Assembly: GCA_965248485.1 (NCBI GenBank) | Contig: OZ252107.1 | Location: forward strand, 36,199 to 100,198 | Reading direction: 5' to 3' | Length of the DNA: 64,000 bases | Origin: Cypionkella sp. | GTDB lineage: Bacteria > Pseudomonadota > Alphaproteobacteria > Rhodobacterales > Rhodobacteraceae | The notes under the pieces: model-generated | What the model was told of the DNA's origin: nothing | Databases searched by the model: none | What the model saw: only the letters and a program-made list of their open reading frames with translations | Position numbers and translations under genes: made by a program | Shown: in pieces, positions 19,388 to 29,291 of the stretch | Layout of the letters: every line of letters starts with the position of its first letter | Numbering within the stretch: the stretch's first letter is position 1

Positions 19388-20599
19388 TTATGGCCGCGAC
19401 AGACCTGCCACCACCTCAACATGCTGTGACCAGCGAAATTGATCGACCACCTGCACAAAATCCAACCGATAGCCGCCCGCGATCAGCAGCTTGGCATCGC
19501 GGGCAAAGGTGACGGGGTTGCACGATACCGCTGCTATGCGCGGCACTTTTGACCCTGCCAAAACGGCCATCTGCGCCTCGGCCCCAGCGCGGGGCGGGTC
19601 GATGACCACGGCATCAATGCCCTTAAACTCGTCAGGTTCCAGCGGGCGGCGAAACAAATCGCGGGTTTGCGTTTCGATATGGTGCAAGGGGGCGGTGTTG
19701 CGCGCGGCGTGGCTGAGCGCGGCAAGCATTTTGCCGTCGCCCTCTACCGCCAGCACATCGGCGCTGACCGCCAAAGGCAGGGCAAATGTGCCAAGCCCTG
19801 CAAACAAGTCGGCCACTTTACGGGCAGGGCCAACCGCGCGGCGCACGCCCGATAGCAGGGCCGCCTCGCCCATCGCCGTGGCTTGCAAAAACGCATGCGG
19901 CGGCGGCGTGACCAAAGCCGTGCCAAAACGCAACATCGGAGCATGGCGCATCGCCACCATCTCGCCGTTCCACGTCAAGCGCGCAAAACCTGCCGCCTCG
20001 CAGATCCGCGCCAATTCCATCTGCGCGGTGGCGTCCAAATCTTTGGCGTCCGACACCGCCACATCCAAGCCCGTCAAAGTTTGCGTGACTTGGATTTGAA
20101 TTTCCGCCACCCGCGTCGCGCCCAGCCGCACCAAAGGGTCAAGTTTGGGCATCGCAGCGAGCAGATCTGGGTGCAGCAACTGGCAATTCGGAATATCCAC
20201 CAGCACATCCGACGCGCGCGCGTGAAAACCAATCGTCACGCCGTTTTTCGTGCGCCGCGCCGAAAAGGTCGCGCGGCGGCGCGATCGGGGCGGCGAGACA
20301 TGGATCGGCAGAAAATCCGCCTCGATCCCCTGCCCGCGCAGGGCAGACTGGACGACTTCGGTTTTCCAATCAGCGACAAAATGATCGGCGGCATGTTGCA
20401 GCGCGCAGCCGCCGCAGGCGCGGGCATGGGCACAGGGCGGGCGCACGCGGCTGGGGCTGGGCGTGACAATACGCAGTGCCGCAAGATCATCGCCTTCGAT
20501 CTCTTCGCCAGGCAAAAACCCTTTCAAGTAAAGCGGCCCATCCGCGCCCATCGCAATCGCATCACCCAAATGGCCCAGCCGTTCGATGGTCAGCTTCAT
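19388..20599 (-). CDS. Class I SAM-dependent RNA methyltransferase, RlmD/TrmA family
   Basis: CAHARACGGC Fe-S motif, FLQAT, DLFAGLGTF, DPPRAG, VSCNPVTFARD, DQFRWS.HVE. Confidence 0.9.
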   Translation of the reverse strand: MKLTIERLGHLGDAIAMGADGPLYLKGFLPGEEIEGDDLAALRIVTPSPSRVRPPCAHARACGGCALQHAADHFVADWKTEVVQSALRGQGIEADFLPIHVSPPRSRRRATFSARRTKNGVTIGFHARASDVLVDIPNCQLLHPDLLAAMPKLDPLVRLGATRVAEIQIQVTQTLTGLDVAVSDAKDLDATAQMELARICEAAGFARLTWNGEMVAMRHAPMLRFGTALVTPPPHAFLQATAMGEAALLSGVRRAVGPARKVADLFAGLGTFALPLAVSADVLAVEGDGKMLAALSHAARNTAPLHHIETQTRDLFRRPLEPDEFKGIDAVVIDPPRAGAEAQMAVLAGSKVPRIAAVSCNPVTFARDAKLLIAGGYRLDFVQVVDQFRWSQHVEVVAGLSRP

Positions 20600-22440
20600 G
20601 TCGCGGCCTCGTCCACGCCAATAAACCCGCCCGATTGGCGCGCCCAATATTTGGCATAAAGCCCACCCTTGGCCAGCAATTCGCCGTGGCTACCCATTTC
20701 GGCAATATGCCCTTGATCCATAACGATAATCCTATCCATTTCGGCAATGGTTGACAGGCGGTGCGCGATGGCAAGCACGGTTTTTCCCGCCATCACGCGG
20801 GCCAGCGCAGCTTGGATATGCGCCTCGACCTCGCTGTCCAAGGCGCTTGTCGCCTCGTCCAGAACCAGTATCGGCGCATCTTTCAAAAACGCGCGGGCAA
20901 GAGCCACGCGCTGGCGCTGCCCACCCGAAAGTTTTACCCCCCGCTCGCCCAAATAGGCATCGTATCCAGTCCGTCCGTTGAAATCTTTTAAGCCCAAGAT
21001 AAATTCATGCGCCTCGGCAGCGCTGGCAGCGGCGATCACGTCATCCTCACTGGCAACCGGGTTGCCATACAGGATATTCTCGCGCGCGGTGCGGTTGAAC
21101 ATGGCGGTGTCCTGCGTGACCATGCCAATTTGGCGGCGCAAGCTTTCTTGGCTGACATCGCGCAGATCAATCCCATCAATGGTAATTCGCCCCGCCTCTG
21201 GGTCATACAGCCGCAAGATGAGGGCTACCAAAGTGGTCTTGCCCGCGCCCGAAGCGCCTACAATCCCCAGCTTTTCGCCTGGCCTTATCGACAGCGAAAT
21301 CTGGTCAAGCCCGCCCTTCTGCCGCCCATAGGCAAAGGAGACATCGTGCAAATCAATCGCCCCTTTGGCCCGCGGCATCTCGCCTGCGTTTGGGCTGTCT
21401 TTCAGCGTATAGGGCACGCAAAGAGTGCGCAGCCCATCCTCTACCTCGCCCAGATTGCCGAAAATCGACATCAGACTAAAGGAAACCCAACCCGTCATCT
21501 GGCTGAGCCGCGCGGCAACTGTGCCCGCGGCCACAATATCGCCCACGCTGGCCGCCCCCAGCGACCAAAGCCAAACCGCGCCGCCCACCAGCAGAACGGG
21601 CAGCACCCCCGCAATCGCCGTCAGGGAAAAGCGGAACCAAGACGAGATCACGCCATAGGCAATCGCCTTTTCGCGAAACCCCGCCATTGCGCCCAGCGCC
21701 ACGCGGTCTTCATGTTCGGCATGGGCAAACAGTTTCACGGTTTTCATGTTGGTGACAGTGTCGACAATTTGCCCCGTCACCAACGCCCGCGCCGCCGCCC
21801 GCGCACCCGAGGCGCCCCGCACACGGCGCAGCGACACGCGGATAAACACCAAATACCCCACGACCCAAACCGCAAGCAGACCCGCAATCCGCCCGTCAAT
21901 CGTGGCCAGCAACAAAAGCGATCCCACAACCGATGACAGCGCAAAGGCTGCCGTTTCAATCATGCTGGCCACAACATCGGTTGCCGCCCGCGCGGTTTGC
22001 ATCTGCTTTTGCGCAATGCGCCCTGCAAAATCATTGTCGAAAAACGTCACCGCTTGCCCCATCGTATAGCGGTGCAGGCGCGACAGAATCAGCGGAAACA
22101 GGTTCGGTTCCAACCTGATCGAGGCTGCCGCCGTGTTCATGCCAAAGGCAATCGGCCGCAGCACCAGATAATAGGCGGCAAATAGCACCAGCACCCACAG
22201 ATGCGTGCGGAAAATCGTGGCAGGATCTGCGCCCGTTAACGTATCCACCACCAGCCCCAACAAGGTGGCGGTCACAGCCTCCATCGAACCTGAGAACAGC
22301 GACCAAACCGTCGCCCAAACCACGCCCCAGCCCGCACCTTTCAGCGCCCAGCGGAAAAACGGCAGCATTTTTTGCGGTGGCGGCGCGGTTGCAGGGTCAA
22401 ACGCAGGGATTTGTGGGCCAAGGATGGGGGAAAAGCTCAT
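20596..22440 (-). CDS. ABC exporter, fused permease and ATPase, paralog B
   Basis: N-terminal transmembrane domain; GASGAGKTT, LSGGQ, ILVLDEATS, IAHRL. Confidence 0.92.
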   Translation of the reverse strand: MSFSPILGPQIPAFDPATAPPPQKMLPFFRWALKGAGWGVVWATVWSLFSGSMEAVTATLLGLVVDTLTGADPATIFRTHLWVLVLFAAYYLVLRPIAFGMNTAAASIRLEPNLFPLILSRLHRYTMGQAVTFFDNDFAGRIAQKQMQTARAATDVVASMIETAAFALSSVVGSLLLLATIDGRIAGLLAVWVVGYLVFIRVSLRRVRGASGARAAARALVTGQIVDTVTNMKTVKLFAHAEHEDRVALGAMAGFREKAIAYGVISSWFRFSLTAIAGVLPVLLVGGAVWLWSLGAASVGDIVAAGTVAARLSQMTGWVSFSLMSIFGNLGEVEDGLRTLCVPYTLKDSPNAGEMPRAKGAIDLHDVSFAYGRQKGGLDQISLSIRPGEKLGIVGASGAGKTTLVALILRLYDPEAGRITIDGIDLRDVSQESLRRQIGMVTQDTAMFNRTARENILYGNPVASEDDVIAAASAAEAHEFILGLKDFNGRTGYDAYLGERGVKLSGGQRQRVALARAFLKDAPILVLDEATSALDSEVEAHIQAALARVMAGKTVLAIAHRLSTIAEMDRIIVMDQGHIAEMGSHGELLAKGGLYAKYWARQSGGFIGVDEAAT

Positions 22441-24272
22441 GCATCCTCTCCCAAAAACCCACCCGATTGCCGCGCCCAAAACCCTGCATAAAGGCCATTA
22501 AGCGCCAGCAATTCCCTGTGCGTGCCGACCTCTGCGATGCGGCCATCGTCCAGCACGACAATGCGGTCCATCTGCGCGATGGTTGATAGGCGATGCGCAA
22601 TGGCGATCACGGTTTTGCCCTGCATCACGCCGTAAAGCGCGTCTTGAATGGCGGCCTCGGCCTCGCTGTCCAGCGCCGAGGTCGCCTCGTCCAAAATCAA
22701 AATCGGCGCGTCTTTCAAGATCACCCGTGCCAGCGCCACCCGTTGCCGTTGCCCGCCAGACAGTTTCACCCCCCGCTCGCCGACATGGGCATCAAACCCG
22801 ATGCGCCCCTGCGGATCGCGCAGGGTTGGGATAAAGCCCAGCGCATCGGCTTTGCGCGCGGCCTCGATCATCTCGGCCTCCTGCGCTGTGGGGCGACCAT
22901 ACAGGATATTGTCGCGGACCGAGCGGTGCATCAGGCTGCTGTCTTGGGACACCATACCGATCTGTACGCGCAGGCTGTCTTGTTGAACGCCCGCAATATC
23001 CTGACCGTCCAGTAAAATTCGCCCCGATTCGGCGGCGTAAAACCGCAAGATCAGCTTGACTAGCGTCGATTTTCCCGCCCCAGAGCGCCCGACGATGCCG
23101 ATCTTTTCCGCAGGTTTGATCGTTAGGGACACCCCCTGCAACCCCCCCACCCCGCGCCCGTAATGGTGCGAGACATTGTCCAGCACAATCTCGCCCTTGG
23201 CAAAGGCCAAGGCAGGGGCGTTCGGCGCATCGGTTAGGGTCACAGGCTGGGCAATGGTCTGCATGCCTTCGGCAATCGTGCCCAGGTTTTTCACCAAATT
23301 CGTCGTCACCCACATGATCCAATAGGTCATATTGGTCAGCCGCAGCGCAATCGTCGTGGCCAGCGCGACAGTGCCCAATGTCGCCGCACCCGTATACCAC
23401 AGGTAAATCGCCCAAGCGGTGATCGAGGTCACAAGAAACCCGTTCAGCAGTGATAGGGTGGTGTCCATTTTGGTGACAATGCGCATTTCGGCCATGAATG
23501 TTTGGCGCGCATCCTCGATCGCCTCGCGCCCATAGGCCAGTTCTTGATTGCCATTCGCAAACAGCTTGACCGAGTGGATGTTGGAATAGCTGTCCACCAC
23601 ACGCCCCGTCACTGCCGACCGCGATTCCGATGCCCGCTCGGCCGCGGGGCCAGCGCGCCGCACTGTCCAGCGCATCAGCGCAAGATAGGCCGCAAACCAA
23701 ACCAGCAGCGGCGCAAGCAAAACCGTATCCGCCCCCGCCAGCATGATCCCCGCCCCAATCAACGATGTCGAGGCAAAGGCCACCGCATCGAACATGTTAA
23801 ACACGACATCCCCCGCAGCAGGCGGCGTTTGCATGATGCGGTTGGCAATGCGCCCCGCAAAATCAGATTCGAACCACCCGACAGGTTGGCGCAAGACATG
23901 GGCATGGGCGCGCCAGCGCATCATCGTGCCAAAATTCGGCAAGATCGTATTGTGCAACAGCGCGACGCCAACCGCGCCAATCGCGGGCTTGACCAGCAAA
24001 ACCACCAGCCCCACCAGCATAATCTCGTGCCCATATTCGGCCCAGATTTGCGCAGGCTGCCCACCCGCCAGCACATCAACAATGCGCCCCATATACCAAA
24101 TCAAACCCACTTCGAAGATGGCATTCAGGGCGGAAATCACCCCTGTCACCATAAATATCCGCCGAAACGGGCGGACATATTCGGCCAAAAACGGCCAAAG
24201 CCGCCTAGGCGGTGTGTCGCTGTGCGGATAGGGTTGATAGGGGTCGATCAACCCTTCGAAGAATTTTAACAT
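22437..24272 (-). CDS. ABC exporter, fused permease and ATPase, paralog A
   Basis: N-terminal transmembrane domain; GRSGAGKST, LSGGQ, ILILDEATS, IAHRL. Confidence 0.92.
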   Translation of the reverse strand: MLKFFEGLIDPYQPYPHSDTPPRRLWPFLAEYVRPFRRIFMVTGVISALNAIFEVGLIWYMGRIVDVLAGGQPAQIWAEYGHEIMLVGLVVLLVKPAIGAVGVALLHNTILPNFGTMMRWRAHAHVLRQPVGWFESDFAGRIANRIMQTPPAAGDVVFNMFDAVAFASTSLIGAGIMLAGADTVLLAPLLVWFAAYLALMRWTVRRAGPAAERASESRSAVTGRVVDSYSNIHSVKLFANGNQELAYGREAIEDARQTFMAEMRIVTKMDTTLSLLNGFLVTSITAWAIYLWYTGAATLGTVALATTIALRLTNMTYWIMWVTTNLVKNLGTIAEGMQTIAQPVTLTDAPNAPALAFAKGEIVLDNVSHHYGRGVGGLQGVSLTIKPAEKIGIVGRSGAGKSTLVKLILRFYAAESGRILLDGQDIAGVQQDSLRVQIGMVSQDSSLMHRSVRDNILYGRPTAQEAEMIEAARKADALGFIPTLRDPQGRIGFDAHVGERGVKLSGGQRQRVALARVILKDAPILILDEATSALDSEAEAAIQDALYGVMQGKTVIAIAHRLSTIAQMDRIVVLDDGRIAEVGTHRELLALNGLYAGFWARQSGGFLGEDA

Positions 24273-24327
24273 GTGGCTGCCTTCCTGCGCGGCAATATAT
24301 CGCAAGGTAGGCAAAGGGAAAGGGCGG

Positions 24328-25467
24328 TTAAATCAGCTTTGCCTTCGTCGCGCGCAGATCGCTGGCCAGCCAAGCAGCTGTGGCTGCCGCCAGCGCGCGG
24401 CCAAGCGCTGGCCCGCTGAGGCGCGGCATGAAATCCACCGCCGAGACAGGGCAGGTTGCGGCGGCGCCGCGCTGAATTTCCGCCTGCCACGCATCTGGCA
24501 GGCTTTGCCCCATCAGGGCTGCGCGGGCATGAACGATATCACCCGCCACCGCCACCCCATGCCGCCAGCCCAGCGCGGCGGGGGTCAGGGTGCTGCCGAT
24601 TTCGGCGCGAATAGTGTCTAACACTGACGTTTCCGCGCGAGAAAGCCGCAGCGCACCCTGCGCGTCCTGCCCGCCCAACAGGGCAAGGCGCGCAATGGCC
24701 CCGCGCGCGCGCCCTGCCTCGATATGCACCAAAGGCGCGATAAATCGCGCGTCTGCGCCCGCCAGAACCCGCGCCAGAACACCTGTCTGCGCCATGGCGG
24801 AAAGGGCAGGGGCAGGGTCATCTGCCGCCAAAAGCTTGCGCATTTCTGCGCCAATCCGTTCGCGGGAAAGACCGTCGATCCCGTCCAAATGCGCGGCGCA
24901 GGCAGCAAGTGTTTCGGGGTCAAACCCCAAACTTGTGTTGCCATAAATGGCACTAAAGCGGAAGTATCGCAGGATGCGCAGGTAGTCTTCGCGTATCCGC
25001 GCGTCTGCATCACCCACAAACCGCACCCGCTGCGCGGAAAAGTCGGGCAGGCCGCCCATTGGGTCAATAACCACGCCGCGCGCGTCACTATAAAGCGCGT
25101 TCATGGTGAAATCCCGCCGCGCGGCATCCTGTGCCACATCGGCAGAAAACTGCACTGTGGCGTGGCGACCATTGGTCGCAATGTCGCGGCGAAAGGTGGT
25201 CACTTCATAGGCGCGCGCGGGTGTCACCACCGTTACCGTGCCGTGATCTATGCCCGTTGGCACAGCCTTAAAACCTAGACTAACTGCGGCGTTAGTGACT
25301 GTTTCTGGCAAGGCGGCAGTGGCCAAATCCACATCCAAAATCACCCGCCCCATCAGCGCATTGCGCACAGCTCCGCCCACGACCAGCGTTTGAAAGCCCG
25401 CCCGCTCCAGCGCCAGCATCAGCCGCTGCAGACCTGCTTCGCGCAGCCAATCTGCATCAATCTGCAT
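24328..25467 (-). CDS. cca: CCA tRNA nucleotidyltransferase
   Basis: VGGAVRNAL...DVDLAT, EVTTFR, DAARRDFTMNALY, EDYLRILRYFRF. Confidence 0.92.
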   Translation of the reverse strand: MQIDADWLREAGLQRLMLALERAGFQTLVVGGAVRNALMGRVILDVDLATAALPETVTNAAVSLGFKAVPTGIDHGTVTVVTPARAYEVTTFRRDIATNGRHATVQFSADVAQDAARRDFTMNALYSDARGVVIDPMGGLPDFSAQRVRFVGDADARIREDYLRILRYFRFSAIYGNTSLGFDPETLAACAAHLDGIDGLSRERIGAEMRKLLAADDPAPALSAMAQTGVLARVLAGADARFIAPLVHIEAGRARGAIARLALLGGQDAQGALRLSRAETSVLDTIRAEIGSTLTPAALGWRHGVAVAGDIVHARAALMGQSLPDAWQAEIQRGAAATCPVSAVDFMPRLSGPALGRALAAATAAWLASDLRATKAKLI

Positions 25468-26041
25468 GGCTCAGCCTTTGCGCCAGCCCAAACAGCACCC
25501 GCGCCGTCGCCCCCCAAATGTAATAGGGGCCGTAAGGCACAGCGTAAAAATAGCGCGGCTGCCCCTGCCAAACCCGCTGCTCGATGCGATAGTTTTGCAG
25601 ACCCCGCAGGAAATCCAAAGGCACCGAAAACACTTCCGCCACTTCGGCGTGGTCTGGGCTAAAGCGCGGCGGCGCGGTCACTATGCCGATGAACGGGGTC
25701 ATCGTAAACCCCGTCACCGTTTCATGCGCGGGCAGCGCGCCCAGAACCCGAACATGGGCAGGCGGCAGGCCAATTTCTTCATGCGCCTCGCGCAGGGCCG
25801 CTTCTTGCGGGGTTTCCCCTGCATCCACTTTGCCGCCCGGAAAGGCAATCTGCCCCGGATGGTGTTTCAGATGCGAGGCGCGCTTGGTCAGCACAACGCC
25901 CCCGCCCATCACCGGGATCAGCACCGCCGCAGGGCGCAACGGACGGGCCGATTTCACAACATGGCCGTTCAAATCAAAATCCGACGACCCCGCCGTTTGA
26001 CGGGCAATCGCCGCGATTAGATCTGGGGCATCATCCCGCAT
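25457..26041 (-). CDS. CoA pyrophosphatase (NudL-like Nudix hydrolase)
   Basis: LTKRASHLKHHPGQIAFPGG motif and Nudix box AALREAHEEIG; IWGATA. Confidence 0.9.
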   Translation of the reverse strand: MRDDAPDLIAAIARQTAGSSDFDLNGHVVKSARPLRPAAVLIPVMGGGVVLTKRASHLKHHPGQIAFPGGKVDAGETPQEAALREAHEEIGLPPAHVRVLGALPAHETVTGFTMTPFIGIVTAPPRFSPDHAEVAEVFSVPLDFLRGLQNYRIEQRVWQGQPRYFYAVPYGPYYIWGATARVLFGLAQRLSHAD

Positions 26042-27041
26042 CAGCTGCCTTTGCCGCTTCGAACCCTAGGGTCTTGGGATCAAATTCGTAATGTTTGCCG
26101 CAAAATTGGCAATCTGCCGTCACCACGCCCTCGGCGGTGGTCATATGGGCAATGTCTTTGGCCGAATAAATCGACATCGCCTGCACCACCTTTTCAGGCC
26201 CACAAGAGCAGCCAAAATGCACGGGCTGCGCGTCAAACACGCGGGGGCCTTCTTCGTGGAACAGGCGCAGCAGCAGATCGGTTGGCTGCACGCTGGGGCC
26301 AATCAATTCAATCTCTTCGACCGTATCCAGCAGGATATTGGCGCGGTTCCAATTTTCCGCCTCGGCCCCCGCCAAAATATCGCTATGCGACAGCAATCCC
26401 CCCTCGCCGCTGCCCGCTTCGGCGGCGACCGACCCGCCCACGGCAGGCATATGTTGCAGCATCACGCCGCCTGCGCGCCAATGTGCATCACCGCCCGGAA
26501 CCTGACTTTTGCCAAATGTCAGGGCAAAGCGGGTGGGAATCTGCTCTGACTGGGCAAAATAGGTTTGCGCGCAGTCTGACAGCGACTTACCTGCAATCGG
26601 GGTAAAGCCTTGATAAGGCTGCATATCATCGCCCTGATGAATCATCACGGCAAAATAGCCTTGGCCAATTTGGCTGAACGGGGGCGCATCATGATCCAGC
26701 GTTTCGGCGTTATAGCTGGCATAGGCGCGGATGCGGGCAGGCTCGCCTTCGGTTTCGGGGCCATAATAATCGGTCGCAATCAGTCGGGCAGGGCCATTGC
26801 CGCGAACTTGCAGGCTAAGCTTCCAGCGCAGTTTCACCGATTGACCGATCAGCGCGGTTAAAATCGCGGCTTCGGCCACCAGCGCCTCGATCACGGGCGG
26901 GTAATTGTGCTGGCGCAGAACATTGTCCAAAACCCCATCCAGCCGCGCCACTCGCCCGCGAATATCGCTAAGATCCAACTGAAACGGCAGAACCGTGTCA
27001 TCCCACGCAAGATGCGCGCCGATATTCGAGTGAGGTATCAT
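26031..27041 (-). CDS. hslO: Hsp33 redox-regulated chaperone
   Basis: DDTVLPFQL, RGRVARL, YFAQSEQIPT, zinc ligands CSC...CQFC. Confidence 0.93.
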   Translation of the reverse strand: MIPHSNIGAHLAWDDTVLPFQLDLSDIRGRVARLDGVLDNVLRQHNYPPVIEALVAEAAILTALIGQSVKLRWKLSLQVRGNGPARLIATDYYGPETEGEPARIRAYASYNAETLDHDAPPFSQIGQGYFAVMIHQGDDMQPYQGFTPIAGKSLSDCAQTYFAQSEQIPTRFALTFGKSQVPGGDAHWRAGGVMLQHMPAVGGSVAAEAGSGEGGLLSHSDILAGAEAENWNRANILLDTVEEIELIGPSVQPTDLLLRLFHEEGPRVFDAQPVHFGCSCGPEKVVQAMSIYSAKDIAHMTTAEGVVTADCQFCGKHYEFDPKTLGFEAAKAADAG

Positions 27042-27082
27042 CGCAATTTCCTAATCTGGCCAGCTTGGCATAAGGCGCCTAT

Positions 27083-27109
27083 ATATATGCAGCACGGCGG
27101 CGCACCAAG
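27083..27109 (-). promoter_or_regulatory. Putative RpoH (sigma32) promoter of hslO: CTTG-N16-CATATAT
   Basis: Resembles the alphaproteobacterial RpoH consensus CTTGAA-N15/16-CCTATAT; upstream of a heat-shock gene. Confidence 0.45.
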
Positions 27110-27117
27110 GGGGAGCG

Positions 27118-27558
27118 ATGATCAAAAGATACGGCGAAAGCCCGAAATCAGGCCAATCCTATCGCCGCCGCGCTGGGGTTTACGCGGTTTTGTTCGATGG
27201 CGCATCGGTTTTGCTAACCCATCAGGCCGAACCACTGCCCGAATTTCAACTGCCGGGCGGCGGGATTGACGCAGGCGAGCAGCCCATCGCCGCCCTGCAC
27301 CGTGAGGTGATGGAGGAAACAGGCTGGCACATCGGCGAATTGAGCCGTATCGGCACCTATCGGCGCTTTACCTACATGCCCGAATACAACCTGTGGGCCG
27401 AAAAGCTGTGCGCGATTTTTATCGCCCGCCCTGTTTTGCGCATCAGCGCCCCAACCGAGCCTGGCCATACGGCCGTATGGGTCGCCCCCGACGCCGCCGT
27501 GGATATCTTGGCCAATGACGGCGACCGCGACATGCTGATCAAGGCTTTGCGACTGTAG
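27118..27558 (+). CDS. Nudix hydrolase
   Basis: Nudix box GGGIDAGEQPIAALHREVMEETG. Confidence 0.88.
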   Translation: MIKRYGESPKSGQSYRRRAGVYAVLFDGASVLLTHQAEPLPEFQLPGGGIDAGEQPIAALHREVMEETGWHIGELSRIGTYRRFTYMPEYNLWAEKLCAIFIARPVLRISAPTEPGHTAVWVAPDAAVDILANDGDRDMLIKALRL

Positions 27559-28822
27559 GGCCATAATCCAAGACCAAGGCCGAGACATCATCGGCAAAAT
27601 CATCGCCGCCGCGATAGATTTGCAAATCCCACACCATCGCCTCTAGCAAATCTGGGCTGGACAGCGCGCGATTGCGCAGCAAAGACGCCGCGCAACCCTC
27701 TTGCCCCAATTCCTGCGCCTGCGCGTTTTCACATTCGGTGATCCCATCCGAAACCAGCACCAAACGATCCCCCGCGTGCAGCGAAAATGCCACCTCGTCA
27801 AATTCGGCCTTGGGAATAAGGCCGATGGGCAGGCCGCCATCGCCCAAAGTGTCAAGGCTGCCATTCGCGCGCAAAATCATCGGGTGCGGGTGGCCTGCCT
27901 GCACCAAAACGCCCTTGCCGGTTGCCAGATCAACCTCGGCATAGGCAAGGGTAAAGTATTGATCTACCTTCAATTCCTCTAGCATCAAATCGTTCAAACG
28001 CGCGGCCACTTGGGCAGGCGGCCATGCGGCATGTGCGCCGTCCTGTCCCGCCCGCAGCGCGATGTTTTGGTCGGGCGAACTGCCCGAAAGCAGCCCCGCC
28101 AACCGCGCCGTCATCATAGCTGACGCCACGCCATGCCCCGACACATCCACTGCAAACACGCCAATCCGGCCCGCAGCAATCGCAAAACTGCCCACCAAAT
28201 CCCCGCCCACATGGCCCGAGGGACGCAAGATTACCGAGACTTGGCCCGCGCCATAATCGCGGTGCCGTTCGCGCACCAAGGCCAGTTGCAGTTTGCGCGC
28301 CTCGATCAGGTCACGATCCAGCGAATCATAGACCTTTTGCAGTTGCGCCAATGTGCTGCTGACCAGATCGTTTTTTTCGAACAGTTGGTCTTGCATGTGC
28401 AAAATCCGCTCGCCCGCGCGCAGCCTTGCCCGCAATTCATCCCCGTTGACGGGTTTGGTCAGAAAGTCATCGGCGCCGCTTTCCAGCCCATCGGCCACCT
28501 CGGCCTTTTCGGATTTCGACGTAAGCAGCAGAAAATATCCGTAGCTATCCTTAGGCAAGGCGCGAAATTCACGGCAAAAGGTGACGCCATCCATGCCAGG
28601 CATCACCCAATCGGAAAGAACAATCTCGAACTTTTGCGTGCGGCACAGCGCCAGCGCCTCATCGCCAGATGCCGCCTCGGTCACGGCATAGCCCCAGCGC
28701 GAAAGCTGCATGCGCAGGGCCGTGCGCTGGGCCCGCGAATCATCCACCACCAGCACCGAACGCGGCACAAAAGCGCTGTTTCGCACGGGGTTTTGCGGCG
28801 TCGAAGGGCGGTTGAAGGGCAA
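27539..28822 (-). CDS. Receiver domain fused to PP2C/SpoIIE phosphatase (RbaY/RsbU-like)
   Basis: LVVDDS, SDWVMPGMDG (phospho-Asp), FLTKP; PP2C motifs DVSGHG, SDG, DDVS; TTG start with SD AAGGAG. Confidence 0.9.
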   Translation of the reverse strand: MPFNRPSTPQNPVRNSAFVPRSVLVVDDSRAQRTALRMQLSRWGYAVTEAASGDEALALCRTQKFEIVLSDWVMPGMDGVTFCREFRALPKDSYGYFLLLTSKSEKAEVADGLESGADDFLTKPVNGDELRARLRAGERILHMQDQLFEKNDLVSSTLAQLQKVYDSLDRDLIEARKLQLALVRERHRDYGAGQVSVILRPSGHVGGDLVGSFAIAAGRIGVFAVDVSGHGVASAMMTARLAGLLSGSSPDQNIALRAGQDGAHAAWPPAQVAARLNDLMLEELKVDQYFTLAYAEVDLATGKGVLVQAGHPHPMILRANGSLDTLGDGGLPIGLIPKAEFDEVAFSLHAGDRLVLVSDGITECENAQAQELGQEGCAASLLRNRALSSPDLLEAMVWDLQIYRGGDDFADDVSALVLDYGPTVAKP

Positions 28823-28964
28823 GATTTTCTCCTTTGCCCCCCCTTTTTGCCTGCAAAGATTTAATGCGCCATGAATGTTAAAATGCCGCGCTCTTTTACA
28901 TCTATATCAAAGGCTGCGTTAACCTTTGGCGGTCATCATACCCACAGCAGCAATGGGGGCCGGG

Positions 28965-29291
28965 ATGATTGATTGGAACCGTGTGCGCGAATTGCAGTCT
29001 GAAATTGGCACGGACGAATTTGCGGAAGTTGTAACATTGTTTTTGGACGAGGCGGACGAAGTTCTTGCCCGTATTTCGCCCGCAGGCGGCGCAGCCGTTT
29101 TGCGCGATGATTGCCATTTTCTGAAAGGTGCGGCGCTGAACCTTGGGTTTCAGAACTTGGCCGCGCTGTGCCACGCCGCCGAAAAGCGCGCGGGCGAAGG
29201 CGATTGCACGGTAAACCTTGCTGAGATGCAGCAATGCTATCGTGCTTCGCGCGAAAGTTTGCTCAATGGGCTGGCGGATATGGCGGCCTAG
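28965..29291 (+). CDS. Stand-alone Hpt (histidine phosphotransfer) protein
   Basis: HFLKGAALNLG Hpt motif; 108 aa helical protein. Confidence 0.88.
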   Translation: MIDWNRVRELQSEIGTDEFAEVVTLFLDEADEVLARISPAGGAAVLRDDCHFLKGAALNLGFQNLAALCHAAEKRAGEGDCTVNLAEMQQCYRASRESLLNGLADMAA

